A stretch of 64,000 nt of DNA, from IMG/VR virus record IMGVR_UViG_2671180233_000001, positions 21,041-85,040 of that record; one strand, given 5' to 3'. The stretch comes from a virus (Duplodnaviria; Caudoviricetes). Of this stretch, positions 8,864 to 18,662 are shown one piece after another. Position numbers and translations under genes: made by a program. Position 1 is the first letter of the stretch. Each line of letters opens with the position of its first letter. A model generated the notes under the pieces. The model saw nothing but the letters and a program-made list of their open reading frames with translations. It was not told where the DNA came from and did not search any database.

Positions 8864-9328
8864 GTGAAAATAAAATTAGATTGGCAAGAGCCATTGCAAT
8901 TAGGTTCTTTTACAGATGATGTAAATTACCATGATGAATTGGAGTTAAATGAGATTCCAGAATCAGCAGGCATATATATTTTTTATCGTCAGCATGGTGA
9001 AACTCAACAAGCATTGTATGTTGGTCAGGCACAAAATTTAAGAAGCCGATTAAAACAACAATTTAAGTCTTTAGAGTTAATGAAACACATCAAAAATTCT
9101 AAAAAAGGTTCAAAACACCTTGTTTTTGCATTATTAAAAACTCGTTCATCAAATTTAGTGCATGCTTTAAATCAGGCAGAGCGTGGACTTATTACACATT
9201 ATATGGAAGAAAATAAACATGATTTATTTAATAAACGTGGTCTTTATGAAGAATATGATTTAGTAGAATCCATAGGAGAAAATGTACAGCCTCTTATAAA
9301 CATTGAACTATGGGTCTACGCTAAATAA
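8864..9328 (+). CDS. GIY-YIG nuclease family protein
   Basis: GIYIFY...LYVGQAQNLRSRL...E...FN motifs. Confidence 0.8.
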   Translation: MKIKLDWQEPLQLGSFTDDVNYHDELELNEIPESAGIYIFYRQHGETQQALYVGQAQNLRSRLKQQFKSLELMKHIKNSKKGSKHLVFALLKTRSSNLVHALNQAERGLITHYMEENKHDLFNKRGLYEEYDLVESIGENVQPLINIELWVYAK

Positions 9329-9380
9329 CTTTTCAGCAGTTTGACATTTCGTTGTGGAATATTCTGTAAATGATCAGACT

Positions 9381-9421
9381 TGGAACTCAACACATTCAAT
9401 CCAAATCAAAGCCTATAAAGT
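9381..9421 (+). promoter_or_regulatory. Putative phage late promoter
   Basis: TGGAAC-N29-TAAAGT. Confidence 0.7.
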
Positions 9422-9452
9422 TAAAACTTCTTTAACGATATAGGCTTTATTA

Positions 9453-9929
9453 ATGTCTAAAAACACTGAAAATCAAATTCCAGATACCAGCTATGCTGTA
9501 ATTGATATTATTGGAGAACCTTCAAATTTATCTGTACAGCATCTTGTTGCAATTTCAGATAATGAACTCACCACAGAACAAGAAGATCAATTAAGAAATG
9601 GCCAGTCCATTGATAATGTTTTCAGCTATCCACCTGGTTACTACTACACAATCACACCTGATTTAGAAGCACAGGATTTTGATCATGAGCGTTACTTTGA
9701 AACTCATCTGCATTTTCAGGATGGATCGGTACCAGTAGAAGGTATTAACGGTTTGACGAATGAAGCCTTGCTTGAAGTTTTGATTCACCGGATGAATATT
9801 TTGGATGCTAAATTTCCGTGTAAAGAGAATAAAATTGCTTTGAAACATATGCAGTTGGCGTTATCAGCGTTCAAAGATCGTTCACTCTCACGTAAACTTC
9901 GAGGAGTAGAGGGTAAAAATGTCATCTAA
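9453..9929 (+). CDS. Tad1/Acb2-like anti-defence sponge protein
   Basis: C-terminal HFQDG.V..EGINGLTNEALL.VLIHR....D.KFPCKEN.IAL......R...RGVEG matches the Tad1 family pattern. Confidence 0.75.
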   Translation: MSKNTENQIPDTSYAVIDIIGEPSNLSVQHLVAISDNELTTEQEDQLRNGQSIDNVFSYPPGYYYTITPDLEAQDFDHERYFETHLHFQDGSVPVEGINGLTNEALLEVLIHRMNILDAKFPCKENKIALKHMQLALSAFKDRSLSRKLRGVEGKNVI

Positions 9930-10146
9930 AATAGTGAAAATCTATTGCTATAAGCACCACAATGATCAGCAAATTGATCTTTAAACTGTTGAGTTCGTTG
10001 AAGTAGAAGATACAGAATATTGTGGTGGAATGATTACTGGGCGTGGTAAATATAATAAAGTAACCATCGGTTTTCAAAGCGGTAATAGCTTATTAATGAT
10101 TATAGATAAGATGAAATTGCCTTTGCTGGAACTCAGCTCAAATTAA
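9919..10146 (+). pseudogene. Small ORF interrupted by an in-frame stop
   Basis: ATG at 9919 overlaps the upstream gene; TAA at 9982-9984; same frame stays open to 10146. Confidence 0.4.
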
Positions 10147-10167
10147 CATTCCAATACAAAGCAAAAT
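10127..10167 (+). promoter_or_regulatory. Putative phage late promoter
   Basis: TGGAAC-N29-CAAAAT. Confidence 0.75.
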
Positions 10168-10195
10168 AGCCTCAATACATCGTTGGGGCTTTTTC

Positions 10196-11116
10196 ATGTC
10201 TAAAGGACGAAAAACTAAAGTTTTACAATACAACCTACATAATCGGGGGCGTAAGCATACAGGTGTGGACAGATCAAACATTGATTTTATGAGCATGATC
10301 AATTTGATTAATGCACCAAGCACTCAGGAAATGGTTAAGACAGGGCAATTGATCGGGTTCTATGGACATCAGATTCGACAACGTTTTGGTATGGTACCGC
10401 CTGAGAGCGTACCGATCAGTGGAAAGATGGTGCACCTTGAGCCTGCTTTCAGGACCATTGAAATCAAAGCTGATAAAGATGGTACTGTAAGTCATCGTGC
10501 GGAATTTTTGGAAAATGAATCTGGGGAATTTGCTCGCACGCAGTACCTTGCCAAAGTTGGCGGTTTTAGTACCGCTGTAAACTATCGCAAAACACCACCA
10601 AATAAACTTACACCAAGTGGCTTCTTCGGGTTTGATTATGTAACCCAGCCCAACTATGCCACCAATGTTGGTGATGGTCAGTTATTTGATGGCCTATTTG
10701 TCCCTGAAGATCCGTCTAATAATCTGATTGCATGTTTTGATAGTGCAACTGATTTATCAGCACTAGAACCTTCACAGGCTTTAATTGCAAATATGCTTGA
10801 GCAGCAAATTATCAGCACTTTTGACAGTATCCATGCCCAAATTACCTTGGGGCAAATGAACGAACAGGCACTTGATCAAATTGATGCATTGACTCAGCAA
10901 ATCAGTTTGCATGAACGTAAAAAGCAATTACAGCAGCAACGTCAACAGGATCTTTACACAGGTATGGTTGGTGAAATTCGTACATTTGATAGTGCGCTTG
11001 CTGAAGCTGAACATTATTTAGAACAACTGGAAGGTAATTTAGTTCAGGACAATACAAAGCAGCGAGGAACTGGCCTTGTTAAAACTGTCCGTAAATTCTT
11101 AACATTCGGGGGATAA
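10196..11116 (+). CDS. pro: Prohead (head-processing) protease, P1 Pro-like
   Basis: GFYGH..R, RTIEI..D.DG.V.H..EFL..E.G, GGFS and FFGFDYVTQPNY motifs resemble P1 Pro. Confidence 0.75.
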   Translation: MSKGRKTKVLQYNLHNRGRKHTGVDRSNIDFMSMINLINAPSTQEMVKTGQLIGFYGHQIRQRFGMVPPESVPISGKMVHLEPAFRTIEIKADKDGTVSHRAEFLENESGEFARTQYLAKVGGFSTAVNYRKTPPNKLTPSGFFGFDYVTQPNYATNVGDGQLFDGLFVPEDPSNNLIACFDSATDLSALEPSQALIANMLEQQIISTFDSIHAQITLGQMNEQALDQIDALTQQISLHERKKQLQQQRQQDLYTGMVGEIRTFDSALAEAEHYLEQLEGNLVQDNTKQRGTGLVKTVRKFLTFGG

Positions 11117-11119
11117 TGT

Positions 11120-11926
11120 ATGGATGCAATGCCACATGATCCCCTCAAAGCGATACAAAATGCATGGGTCCTTTTGCTTCTTGATTTTCGAGCATGGACC
11201 ATGCCAGAGACTTTACAATTAGCTGAATGGAAAAGAAGGGAAGTTGCCAAGGCTATTAGATCCTGCCGTGCACAGCTTATGGACGATTCTGAAGGTATGC
11301 TGGGTGCGTATCGTAAAAATAAAAATGATGGTAGTGAAACTGGTACATCATCTTTTTTCCCCGTGATGTTAACCGCTACTGCACCTGTCGATATGCCACC
11401 GGACACCAGTCAATTACTAGGTGTTCCATATTTTGTGGAAACTATCATTAATGAAAAGCTGGTTAAGGTTAGAGTTATACCTCAGGCAATTCGTGCGCAA
11501 GTCGCTTTTTATGCAACCAATCCTCATGATGCCCGGTCTGTGTGTTCACAATTATGTGCTTATTTGTCAGATGATTGGAAACGAAAAATTAATGTTACTT
11601 TTAATCTTGGTGGAAATGTATTTGATGAATTTAGATTTATTGTCTTTGAAAATAATTTAATGCCTAATCCGGTTCCGAGTGAAGCCACTAATATTTCTAT
11701 CTTTACAGTTGATGTCACATTGGTTGGCTACGTTCCGCACGTTCTTGGTCTAGGTGCATATGATGAGGATACTGTAGGCAATGGCTACGATAAGAATGGT
11801 ATGCCTAAAACCGGGGAAATTAATGACAGTGTTGTGATACAGGCTGATCAATATGATGAGTTGCATACTCGCATTACAGCTGATCCGGATACAGGTGTCA
11901 TTGAAGTTGAAAGAATTAAGGATTAG
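11120..11926 (+). CDS. P1-like virion morphogenesis protein (possibly gp24-like tail completion protein)
   Basis: In a late operon after pro; size and context only. Confidence 0.45.
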   Translation: MDAMPHDPLKAIQNAWVLLLLDFRAWTMPETLQLAEWKRREVAKAIRSCRAQLMDDSEGMLGAYRKNKNDGSETGTSSFFPVMLTATAPVDMPPDTSQLLGVPYFVETIINEKLVKVRVIPQAIRAQVAFYATNPHDARSVCSQLCAYLSDDWKRKINVTFNLGGNVFDEFRFIVFENNLMPNPVPSEATNISIFTVDVTLVGYVPHVLGLGAYDEDTVGNGYDKNGMPKTGEINDSVVIQADQYDELHTRITADPDTGVIEVERIKD

Positions 11927-11928
11927 AA

Positions 11929-12138
11929 ATGAGTGATGAAATAGATAAGGCAAATGATCTGGCAGAAATGCTTTTAAAAGAACAAATACTCAATCGTGTA
12001 ATTTTTAATGGTATTTCACTTTTACAATGTGAGGAATGTGGAGATGAAATACCGGAGCAACGTAGAAATTTGGGTGGTGTACGTTTATGTGTTGAATGCC
12101 AGTCTTTAATGGAAAGAAAACCAAATAGATTCAGGTAA
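11929..12138 (+). CDS. TraR/DksA C4-type zinc finger protein
   Basis: MSDEIDKA...CEECGDEIPEQRR...LCVECQ. Confidence 0.9.
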   Translation: MSDEIDKANDLAEMLLKEQILNRVIFNGISLLQCEECGDEIPEQRRNLGGVRLCVECQSLMERKPNRFR

Positions 12139-12145
12139 GTTTGTT

Positions 12146-12652
12146 ATGACCGATTTTATTCGTATTGATGCCAGAGTTGTGGGCTTTGCCAATGAGCCAG
12201 TCAGGATATTAGGGCTTTGTTTTAAAGATACTGGCGAGTTATTAATAGAAAAGCTGGAAAAATTTTCAACTCTTCCAGTACTTGAAGAATATCGTCAAAC
12301 TACCATTGTGGTTACGGATGCACCTGAGTTGGTTAAAAGCTGGCATTTATCATTTAATGCCAAAGAGGATCTTGAGACTGTAATTTCAGTTTATCAAATG
12401 CGTATGCGTTCAAAATTGGTAGAGATTGCAAAAAACTTAAACAGATTTGATCCCGGTAATATTCTGCAAGTTCGTAAAGTGGACAAGAATGGTATCCAAC
12501 AGGAATTTGACAGCAGTTCGTTGGATAATGGCCATGTTGCAACTTTACTTGCAGTCTGGGCAAGTAGCCAAGTGGCATTCAACTATAGTGCATTTGAAGC
12601 TAAAACAGTGTCAGAAGATGTCGATAACAGTATGCTGCCATTTAGTTGTTAG
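12146..12652 (+). CDS. Hypothetical phage protein
   Basis: 168-aa ORF co-oriented in a late operon. Confidence 0.6.
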   Translation: MTDFIRIDARVVGFANEPVRILGLCFKDTGELLIEKLEKFSTLPVLEEYRQTTIVVTDAPELVKSWHLSFNAKEDLETVISVYQMRMRSKLVEIAKNLNRFDPGNILQVRKVDKNGIQQEFDSSSLDNGHVATLLAVWASSQVAFNYSAFEAKTVSEDVDNSMLPFSC

Positions 12653-12780
12653 TATCAATGTGAAATAAAGTGAAACACTGTTTAAAAAATAAACATTTGT
12701 AAGTTATTTCTTACATTCATGTAAGCTAGATCTGACATCTATGTAAGCCAAAAGCTTATAGTCTATTTTTAAAGATTTTC

Positions 12781-12932
12781 TATAATTAACTCATGCATTT
12801 GAAATTGACTTGGTCAAGATTAAAGAGAATGGAAAACATAATTTCAACTACCATCTCAATAATAAATTTCAATGCATGAACTATTGGAACCTTCTCCATT
12901 TCCGGGGGGAATAGGAGAAGGTTCCTTTTTTT
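12781..12932 (+). ncRNA. Candidate sRNA or attenuating leader with intrinsic terminator
   Basis: TATAAT at 12781-86; stem 12791-12806 / 12865-12879; 12-bp hairpin 12886-12925 followed by T7. Confidence 0.45.
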
Positions 12933-12946
12933 ATCGGGAGGAAATT

Positions 12947-13276
12947 ATGTTAAATTTAAAAGACCTTATCTTTTTTTTATTATCAACAATATGTTTTTTT
13001 ATTCTTCTTGTATTATTTGATTATTTTGAGTTAGTTCAAAGTTTAAATTTATTTCTAACATCATTTATTTATAATTTGGTCAATATTTTATATGTGATTC
13101 AATTGAAAAAATCAAAATATTACTTTGTTTTAACAATTCCTTTTTTAATCTTAATTTTTATATTGGGAAATATAAATGAAATATTCCTGATTTATACAGG
13201 AATATTTTTTTCATATATGTCAATTTTCTTATTAAAAAATGCTGATTTTTTAATAAGATTTAAAAAATTGGAGTAA
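12947..13276 (+). CDS. Small AT-rich multi-pass membrane protein
   Basis: GGAGG RBS before ATG 12947 (track ORF starts 12872); about four hydrophobic helices. Confidence 0.55.
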   Translation: MLNLKDLIFFLLSTICFFILLVLFDYFELVQSLNLFLTSFIYNLVNILYVIQLKKSKYYFVLTIPFLILIFILGNINEIFLIYTGIFFSYMSIFLLKNADFLIRFKKLE

Positions 13277-13730
13277 TACCACGGTTAAAAATGCCTTTTT
13301 TAAGACGCGAGCTTGATTCCTTTTGATTGACACATATTAAGTTTTCTAAAAATAATGGTAAAATTTTCAAATCTAATACCTGTGGATCAAATTTTTCGCT
13401 ACCATTCTTTTTGAAGAACATATCGATATCTGAATTTTTGTCTACATATTTCATAGACCACTTTTTAAAACTAAACTTTTCAATATGTGTTGTTTCCAAA
13501 TGTTTTAAAGAGTGATGCCTAGGATCTTTTTTTATGCTTTCAAATAAGGATTCTATGTCACTTTTATTACCTTCAAGACATTGAAAAAAGGAATTATCAG
13601 CATAATAAAGAACGCCATAAATTTTGTTTTCCGAGTTAAATTTACGGGCTACAGTAAGAATATCGATGATATCTTCAATTAAGTTCTCATCTTCATTTCT
13701 TCTACTAGAATAGCAAAGTCTAGCTTTCAT
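13260..13730 (-). CDS. BLUF-domain blue-light photoreceptor (BlsA-like)
   Basis: RLCYSS, ARKFN, IYGVLYY, FFQCLEG, IKKDPRH and FKKWSM motifs with the conserved Tyr/Gln/Trp/Met; likely start ATG 13730. Confidence 0.9.
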   Translation of the reverse strand: MKARLCYSSRRNEDENLIEDIIDILTVARKFNSENKIYGVLYYADNSFFQCLEGNKSDIESLFESIKKDPRHHSLKHLETTHIEKFSFKKWSMKYVDKNSDIDMFFKKNGSEKFDPQVLDLKILPLFLENLICVNQKESSSRLKKGIFNRGITPIF

Positions 13731-13806
13731 TGATTTCACATTAAATTTTCCAGGGGGGATAATTAATGTAGCACAAACATTAATTTTATTTATATATTTT
13801 GATGTT

Positions 13807-13847
13807 TGGAACATCTTAAAATTTAATCTAATTCAAATGATTACCCT
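13807..13847 (+). promoter_or_regulatory. Putative phage late promoter
   Basis: TGGAAC-N29-TACCCT. Confidence 0.7.
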
Positions 13848-13874
13848 ATAAATCAAAGTTTATAGGGTATTTTT

Positions 13875-15413
13875 TTGGCTTTAAAACCACTTAAAGACAT
13901 TCCTGAATGGTGGGAACTGTGCGAACGCTACAGATATGATATTTACGCCTTTGCTGTTGAAGCATTAGGCGTTGAACCTACATGGCAGCAAGAATTACTA
14001 TTTAAATCAATTGCATTCGATGGATCCAGAACCAGTGTTGCGTCAGGTCACGGTACTGGTAAAACAGCTTCATCCGGTATAGTCGCTCTTTGGCATCTTT
14101 TATTTTTTGATGAAAGTATCATGTTGTTTACTGCACCACAGATCGGGCAGTTAAAAAAACAAGTATGGAAAGAAATCAGTATCAATCTGGACCGTCTTAG
14201 ACAAGGACCACTGGGTTGGCTTGCTGAGTATGTTGGTTATCAATCCGAATTAGTCTATATAAAAGGCTATAAAGAAAAATGGTATGTTTTTGCCAAAACT
14301 GCCCCTAAACATCAACCAACTAATATTGCCGGTATGCACGGCGACAATTACATGGTTTGGATTGATGAAGCCTGTGGCGTTGATGATGCCGTCATGGACG
14401 TGGTACTCGGTGCATTAACGCACGAGGACAATCGTGCAGTAATGACATCACAACCGGCTAAAAGTTCAGGTATGTTCTATGATACACACCATAAACTTAG
14501 CCATAGGGTTGGCGGTGACTGGATTTCATTGGTATTCAATGGTGAAGAGTCGCCACTGGTCAGTAAAAAATCTATCCGTGAACAATTACTCAAATATGGT
14601 TCCCGCGAAGATCCTCAATATCAAATTCGTGTACTGGGTAGATTCCCTGATCGACTTGATGAATTTCTGGTTTCTATGCGCCAGGCAGAAGAATGTTATG
14701 TCGGTACCAGTATTTTCGATGATCATAAGTTCGGGTACGTTATAACTGTTGATGTGGGTGGTGGTGTAGGACGAGATGACAGTGTTATTGCCGTGTCCAA
14801 GGTTTTGGGGGAAGCACAGTGGGGAGATCGTGCGCGACGTGTTGAAGTCGTCGATATTCCATTATGTAAAAACAAAGATAATATTGATGAATTGTTTGGG
14901 GTGATTAACGAATGTATCAACTATTATCCTAATGCATTACTTGTTGTTGATGACAATGGAGCTGGTAAGGGCCTAGGGCAAAAGCTTAAGAATAACGGCA
15001 TTTTCTATATTCCGGTATATTGGGGCGGTGCATGTTTCAATAATGAAAATAGAAAGCAATATGTCAATAAACGTGCACAGGCTTATGTCTGTCTTGGCCG
15101 CGCTATATCTCAGGGTCGCTTCAAACTCAAAACCAAAAAGCATTCGGTCAAGTTTAAAGAACAGATTATTCATATCCCATATGCTTTTGATGATCAAAGC
15201 CGATACAAAATCAAATCTAAAGAGGAAATGCGTAGAGAGGGTATTAAATCACCCGATTTGGGTGATGCATTCGCTTTCTTGTTCTTAGAAAATGTTCATT
15301 ACACAGAAGCATATGACACAATTGACCAGATCGATGATACCCCTGAGGGGCAGGAACAGGCAGATAAAGCCAGTCGGTTTGCCAAATTAAGGGAGGCTGC
15401 CAAAGAAATGTGA
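13875..15413 (+). CDS. pacB: Terminase large subunit (PacB-like)
   Basis: Walker A SGHGTGKT, Walker B VWIDEA, RNase H-like VDVGGG..RDDS and SPDLGDA. Confidence 0.9.
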   Translation: MALKPLKDIPEWWELCERYRYDIYAFAVEALGVEPTWQQELLFKSIAFDGSRTSVASGHGTGKTASSGIVALWHLLFFDESIMLFTAPQIGQLKKQVWKEISINLDRLRQGPLGWLAEYVGYQSELVYIKGYKEKWYVFAKTAPKHQPTNIAGMHGDNYMVWIDEACGVDDAVMDVVLGALTHEDNRAVMTSQPAKSSGMFYDTHHKLSHRVGGDWISLVFNGEESPLVSKKSIREQLLKYGSREDPQYQIRVLGRFPDRLDEFLVSMRQAEECYVGTSIFDDHKFGYVITVDVGGGVGRDDSVIAVSKVLGEAQWGDRARRVEVVDIPLCKNKDNIDELFGVINECINYYPNALLVVDDNGAGKGLGQKLKNNGIFYIPVYWGGACFNNENRKQYVNKRAQAYVCLGRAISQGRFKLKTKKHSVKFKEQIIHIPYAFDDQSRYKIKSKEEMRREGIKSPDLGDAFAFLFLENVHYTEAYDTIDQIDDTPEGQEQADKASRFAKLREAAKEM

Positions 15414-15422
15414 TTTCTTCGT

Positions 15423-15463
15423 TGGAACCAACCACAAAATAACCATAGCATTATTATTACCAT
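15423..15463 (+). promoter_or_regulatory. Putative phage late promoter
   Basis: TGGAAC-N29-TACCAT. Confidence 0.72.
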
Positions 15464-15497
15464 GATATTTATTTTAAATATCTTGGTTTTGTATTAA

Positions 15498-16700
15498 ATG
15501 GCGACTCAATTTTATCTGACCAACGTGGGTAAACAAGCAGCGATTGATGCTGAAAATCTGAAAGTTACAATTGAACTTGCTTATATTGCTGTGGGTAGTG
15601 GTCGTTATGATGCTTCTCAAGCAGCAGAAAATCTACAATCTCTCACTAATCAATTGGCTAGATATAATTTAAGTGGTGGAAGTACACAGGGTGGAACACT
15701 AAATTTAATTGCCTCAATTGATTCTACAATTTCAGCAGATATCTATGAGATTGGTTTGCTTACAGAAGATGGAATTTTATTTGCAGTAGCGTCTACAACA
15801 GATATTGATCCATTATTTACACTTGTTAATGAGATTACAACCGTAGTCACGATCGGAATGTCACTTGCTGATGTAAATTCTGATTCGATTTCAATAGTAA
15901 TTGATTCGGATGGTCAGATTGCTACGCAACTTATGAATGAACATCTTGCAGCGGATGATCCGCATCCACAATATTTTTTACGAGAAGAAAATAACCAAGT
16001 CAATGGTAACAATACTTTCAATGGCGAAAATACATTTAACAATAAAAACAGTTTTTCCAAAGAGACAAATACAACCGAGTTGAAGGTTTCCGAGAAATTG
16101 GAAGTAACTGGAGAATCAGAGCTCTCAGGAAAAACGACTATTTCAGGTGATGCCACTTTCACTAAAAATGTAGTTGCAGAAAAGAATCTTACTGCTGAAA
16201 CTTTTATTGCTACAGAATCTATAAGCATCGGTGCAGCCAATGGGGGAAGCGGTACTAAAGCCATTAATTTTAAACCCCATGGTAATGATACTGTTGCTGC
16301 AAGCATCTCAGCTGATACACAAGGAAATTTAAAACTTAATGCAACTGGTGAAGTGCAAATAGGTCAAAGTTTAAAATCCAAAAATGGGTATACGGCCTTA
16401 CCAAATGGATTTATTTTACAATGGGGTTTTGTGTCATTTAGTGAAAATGGATGGGTACGAGTACCTGGATCTTCGGATAGTAATGAACGGTATTATGAGG
16501 TTACATTTCCGTTAGCATTTCCTGAAAATATTATTAATGTTATTACTGGCTTAAATCTAAAAACACTCAATCAACAAAATGACCTAGGTTCACAAACCTA
16601 CAATCCTAAATTAACAGGTGTTACTGTACTGACACAAAATATGTCTGCATCTGTAACAAGAGAATTTGATGGTATTTACTGGCAAGCAATAGGATATTAA
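15498..16700 (+). CDS. Tail fibre protein
   Basis: N-term LTNVG..YIAVGSG..EIGL...G.LFAV, HLAADDPHPQY, C-term LPNGFILQWG...TFPLAFP...YWQAIGY. Confidence 0.85.
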   Translation: MATQFYLTNVGKQAAIDAENLKVTIELAYIAVGSGRYDASQAAENLQSLTNQLARYNLSGGSTQGGTLNLIASIDSTISADIYEIGLLTEDGILFAVASTTDIDPLFTLVNEITTVVTIGMSLADVNSDSISIVIDSDGQIATQLMNEHLAADDPHPQYFLREENNQVNGNNTFNGENTFNNKNSFSKETNTTELKVSEKLEVTGESELSGKTTISGDATFTKNVVAEKNLTAETFIATESISIGAANGGSGTKAINFKPHGNDTVAASISADTQGNLKLNATGEVQIGQSLKSKNGYTALPNGFILQWGFVSFSENGWVRVPGSSDSNERYYEVTFPLAFPENIINVITGLNLKTLNQQNDLGSQTYNPKLTGVTVLTQNMSASVTREFDGIYWQAIGY

Positions 16701-16702
16701 TT

Positions 16703-16984
16703 ATGATTAATGCCTACCGTAATGCGATTAGAACTTTGCTTGAACAACGCAGGAATCAGAGTGATGTCCGGCGCATAATTGTCTGGGATGTTCAGCCGGA
16801 CGAGGCCAAAGATCCTACATTACTTAGTCTGAGGGCATATGGTACCCGGATGCATGTTGATGTTGTATTGGTTGCTTGTGGTGTTTCAGGCATATGGGAA
16901 TTATTACCAGTACAACGGATAATTTTACCATTAATCAGCGATGTCATTGCTCTAAGAAAAACATATATGAGTGATGAAATCTAA
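16703..16984 (+). CDS. Small baseplate protein, LysM/tail X-like (possibly P1 gp26-like)
   Basis: PDE..DPTLLSLRAYG...VDVV..A pattern; operon context. Confidence 0.5.
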   Translation: MINAYRNAIRTLLEQRRNQSDVRRIIVWDVQPDEAKDPTLLSLRAYGTRMHVDVVLVACGVSGIWELLPVQRIILPLISDVIALRKTYMSDEI

Positions 16985-18117
16985 TGGCAGAGATCGAACC
17001 AGATCGTTTGCGTGCTGCACATCAGCATCTTAGGCAGAAAGTTGAGCAATCTGACCTAAGGGCACAAGGTAAAAGTCGATTTACCAGTGAAACCCAACAA
17101 CGAAAGGAAGTTGGCAAAGGCGATTCAAAACTTACAGAACCTACTTTTCTGCGTCCTCAGGATATACAAAAAGGTGTAACTTATGATGTTGAGAAGGTCT
17201 TTTATACGACTCTTGGTAATGAAATACGCCGTGTAAATCGTGATGATCTGGTGGCTTTTCAAAAAAATATCGAGTTGTTGCAGGACCAGTATAAGCGAGG
17301 TATTACAGCAAAACAGGTTATAAATTTAAGCTTGCCATTTGATATCAAAAAATCAAATGAACAAATCTTTATGGCGGTACCTCTAAGCATAAAAAATGGC
17401 GTTGTTCATTTTATGACAAATGCCAGTAAAGAAAGTAATGTTACTGAACACCATGTAAATGTTGAGTTCCTTAATTATCAATCATTAATTTTACAACCCA
17501 CTGCTATTACAGCGGATGCAGTGAAAAAGAAACTGATGTATGGAAAGTTGAAATTTGAATGTGATTGTGGACGGCATACATACTGGTTTAGATATATTGC
17601 ATCAATTGGTGGATATGGTTTTGGGCGTATTGAAGAAGGCTATCCAAAACTCACAAATCCACATCTAGCCGGAGTGGCTTGTAAACATGTATTAAGAGTC
17701 ATGCACTATATTCTTTCACCAGCATTTACACAGTATATTACCAAGCAATTACAGAAAGAACGCAGTAAACAGGCAGGTCAACGACGTAAACAAACTGACA
17801 GGCAATTGATTAAAGAACTGGACCGCCAGTTTGAAATTATTGAGAGTAAAACCAATAAGGTTATCGCACGTAACGATAAGGCAGCTCAACGTGAAATGAT
17901 GCGCCGGGCTAATAATTATAATAAGGCAAAACAGAGAGAGGCAGAAAAACGGCAAAAACAGGAACTTGAGAAAGTTGCTAAAGAACAGGGTAAAGATGCT
18001 GCTGATAAAATCATACAAAAGCAAAAACAGGATGCACTTCGTACTTTAGATTCTTTGCTGGCATCAAAGTTAATCACCCCAGAACAGTACGCATTCTATA
18101 AACGAGGTACAAAGTAA
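16984..18117 (+). CDS. SWIM zinc-finger protein (possibly P1 gp25-like)
   Basis: FECDCGRH...CKHV motif; coupled stop/start. Confidence 0.6.
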   Translation: MAEIEPDRLRAAHQHLRQKVEQSDLRAQGKSRFTSETQQRKEVGKGDSKLTEPTFLRPQDIQKGVTYDVEKVFYTTLGNEIRRVNRDDLVAFQKNIELLQDQYKRGITAKQVINLSLPFDIKKSNEQIFMAVPLSIKNGVVHFMTNASKESNVTEHHVNVEFLNYQSLILQPTAITADAVKKKLMYGKLKFECDCGRHTYWFRYIASIGGYGFGRIEEGYPKLTNPHLAGVACKHVLRVMHYILSPAFTQYITKQLQKERSKQAGQRRKQTDRQLIKELDRQFEIIESKTNKVIARNDKAAQREMMRRANNYNKAKQREAEKRQKQELEKVAKEQGKDAADKIIQKQKQDALRTLDSLLASKLITPEQYAFYKRGTK

Positions 18118-18650
18118 TGCTTAACACAGCCGTTAATCGAGTTGCCAATGGTCGTAGACTTGTGGCTAGGCGTGTCGTAATGAATACACTTGCCAGTGTT
18201 CAGGCTCAGATTTGGCGTAAAAACATCATTTACGACAATGCAGATATTTCAGAACCTTTAGATCCATTATCGTTTGAAGCATTGGCTGTTTCTCAACAGG
18301 ACGAGCCAAATTATAGCTATGAATATATTGGGATGGCCTATATTTTAGCGGATAAATTCAATGGTGGTTATGTCCATAAAAATTTCTCAATGGTCAATCC
18401 TGATGATGTGGCGATATTTGCCCAAATTGAACCATATGATAGTTCTTATGAGCAAATATCAGATCAAATAACTAAAATTCCGGATTTCACCTTAAATGAA
18501 GGTGATCTACTGGGATTGTCTGTATATCAAGATTTTATGGTTTGGTTTGAAATTGTCAGCATTACTGGCCAGACCATCATGGCAGATTTTGGAACCAAGT
18601 TCATTCTTAATCGACGTGATGATTTACAGTTAGACCCAATAAAAGAGTAG
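18117..18650 (+). CDS. Virion morphogenesis protein (possibly P1 gp7-like)
   Basis: Translationally coupled in a late operon; assignment by context. Confidence 0.45.
   Translation: MLNTAVNRVANGRRLVARRVVMNTLASVQAQIWRKNIIYDNADISEPLDPLSFEALAVSQQDEPNYSYEYIGMAYILADKFNGGYVHKNFSMVNPDDVAIFAQIEPYDSSYEQISDQITKIPDFTLNEGDLLGLSVYQDFMVWFEIVSITGQTIMADFGTKFILNRRDDLQLDPIKE
18590..18630 (+). promoter_or_regulatory. Putative intragenic phage late promoter
   Basis: TGGAAC-N29-TACAGT, -10 box ends 32 nt before the 18663 start. Confidence 0.55.
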
Positions 18651-18662
18651 GAAATTATTATT

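Noticed and set aside
12885-12925. TGGAAC as a late promoter
   Set aside because: It is the left arm of a terminator-like hairpin and has no NAnnnT hexamer 29 nt downstream
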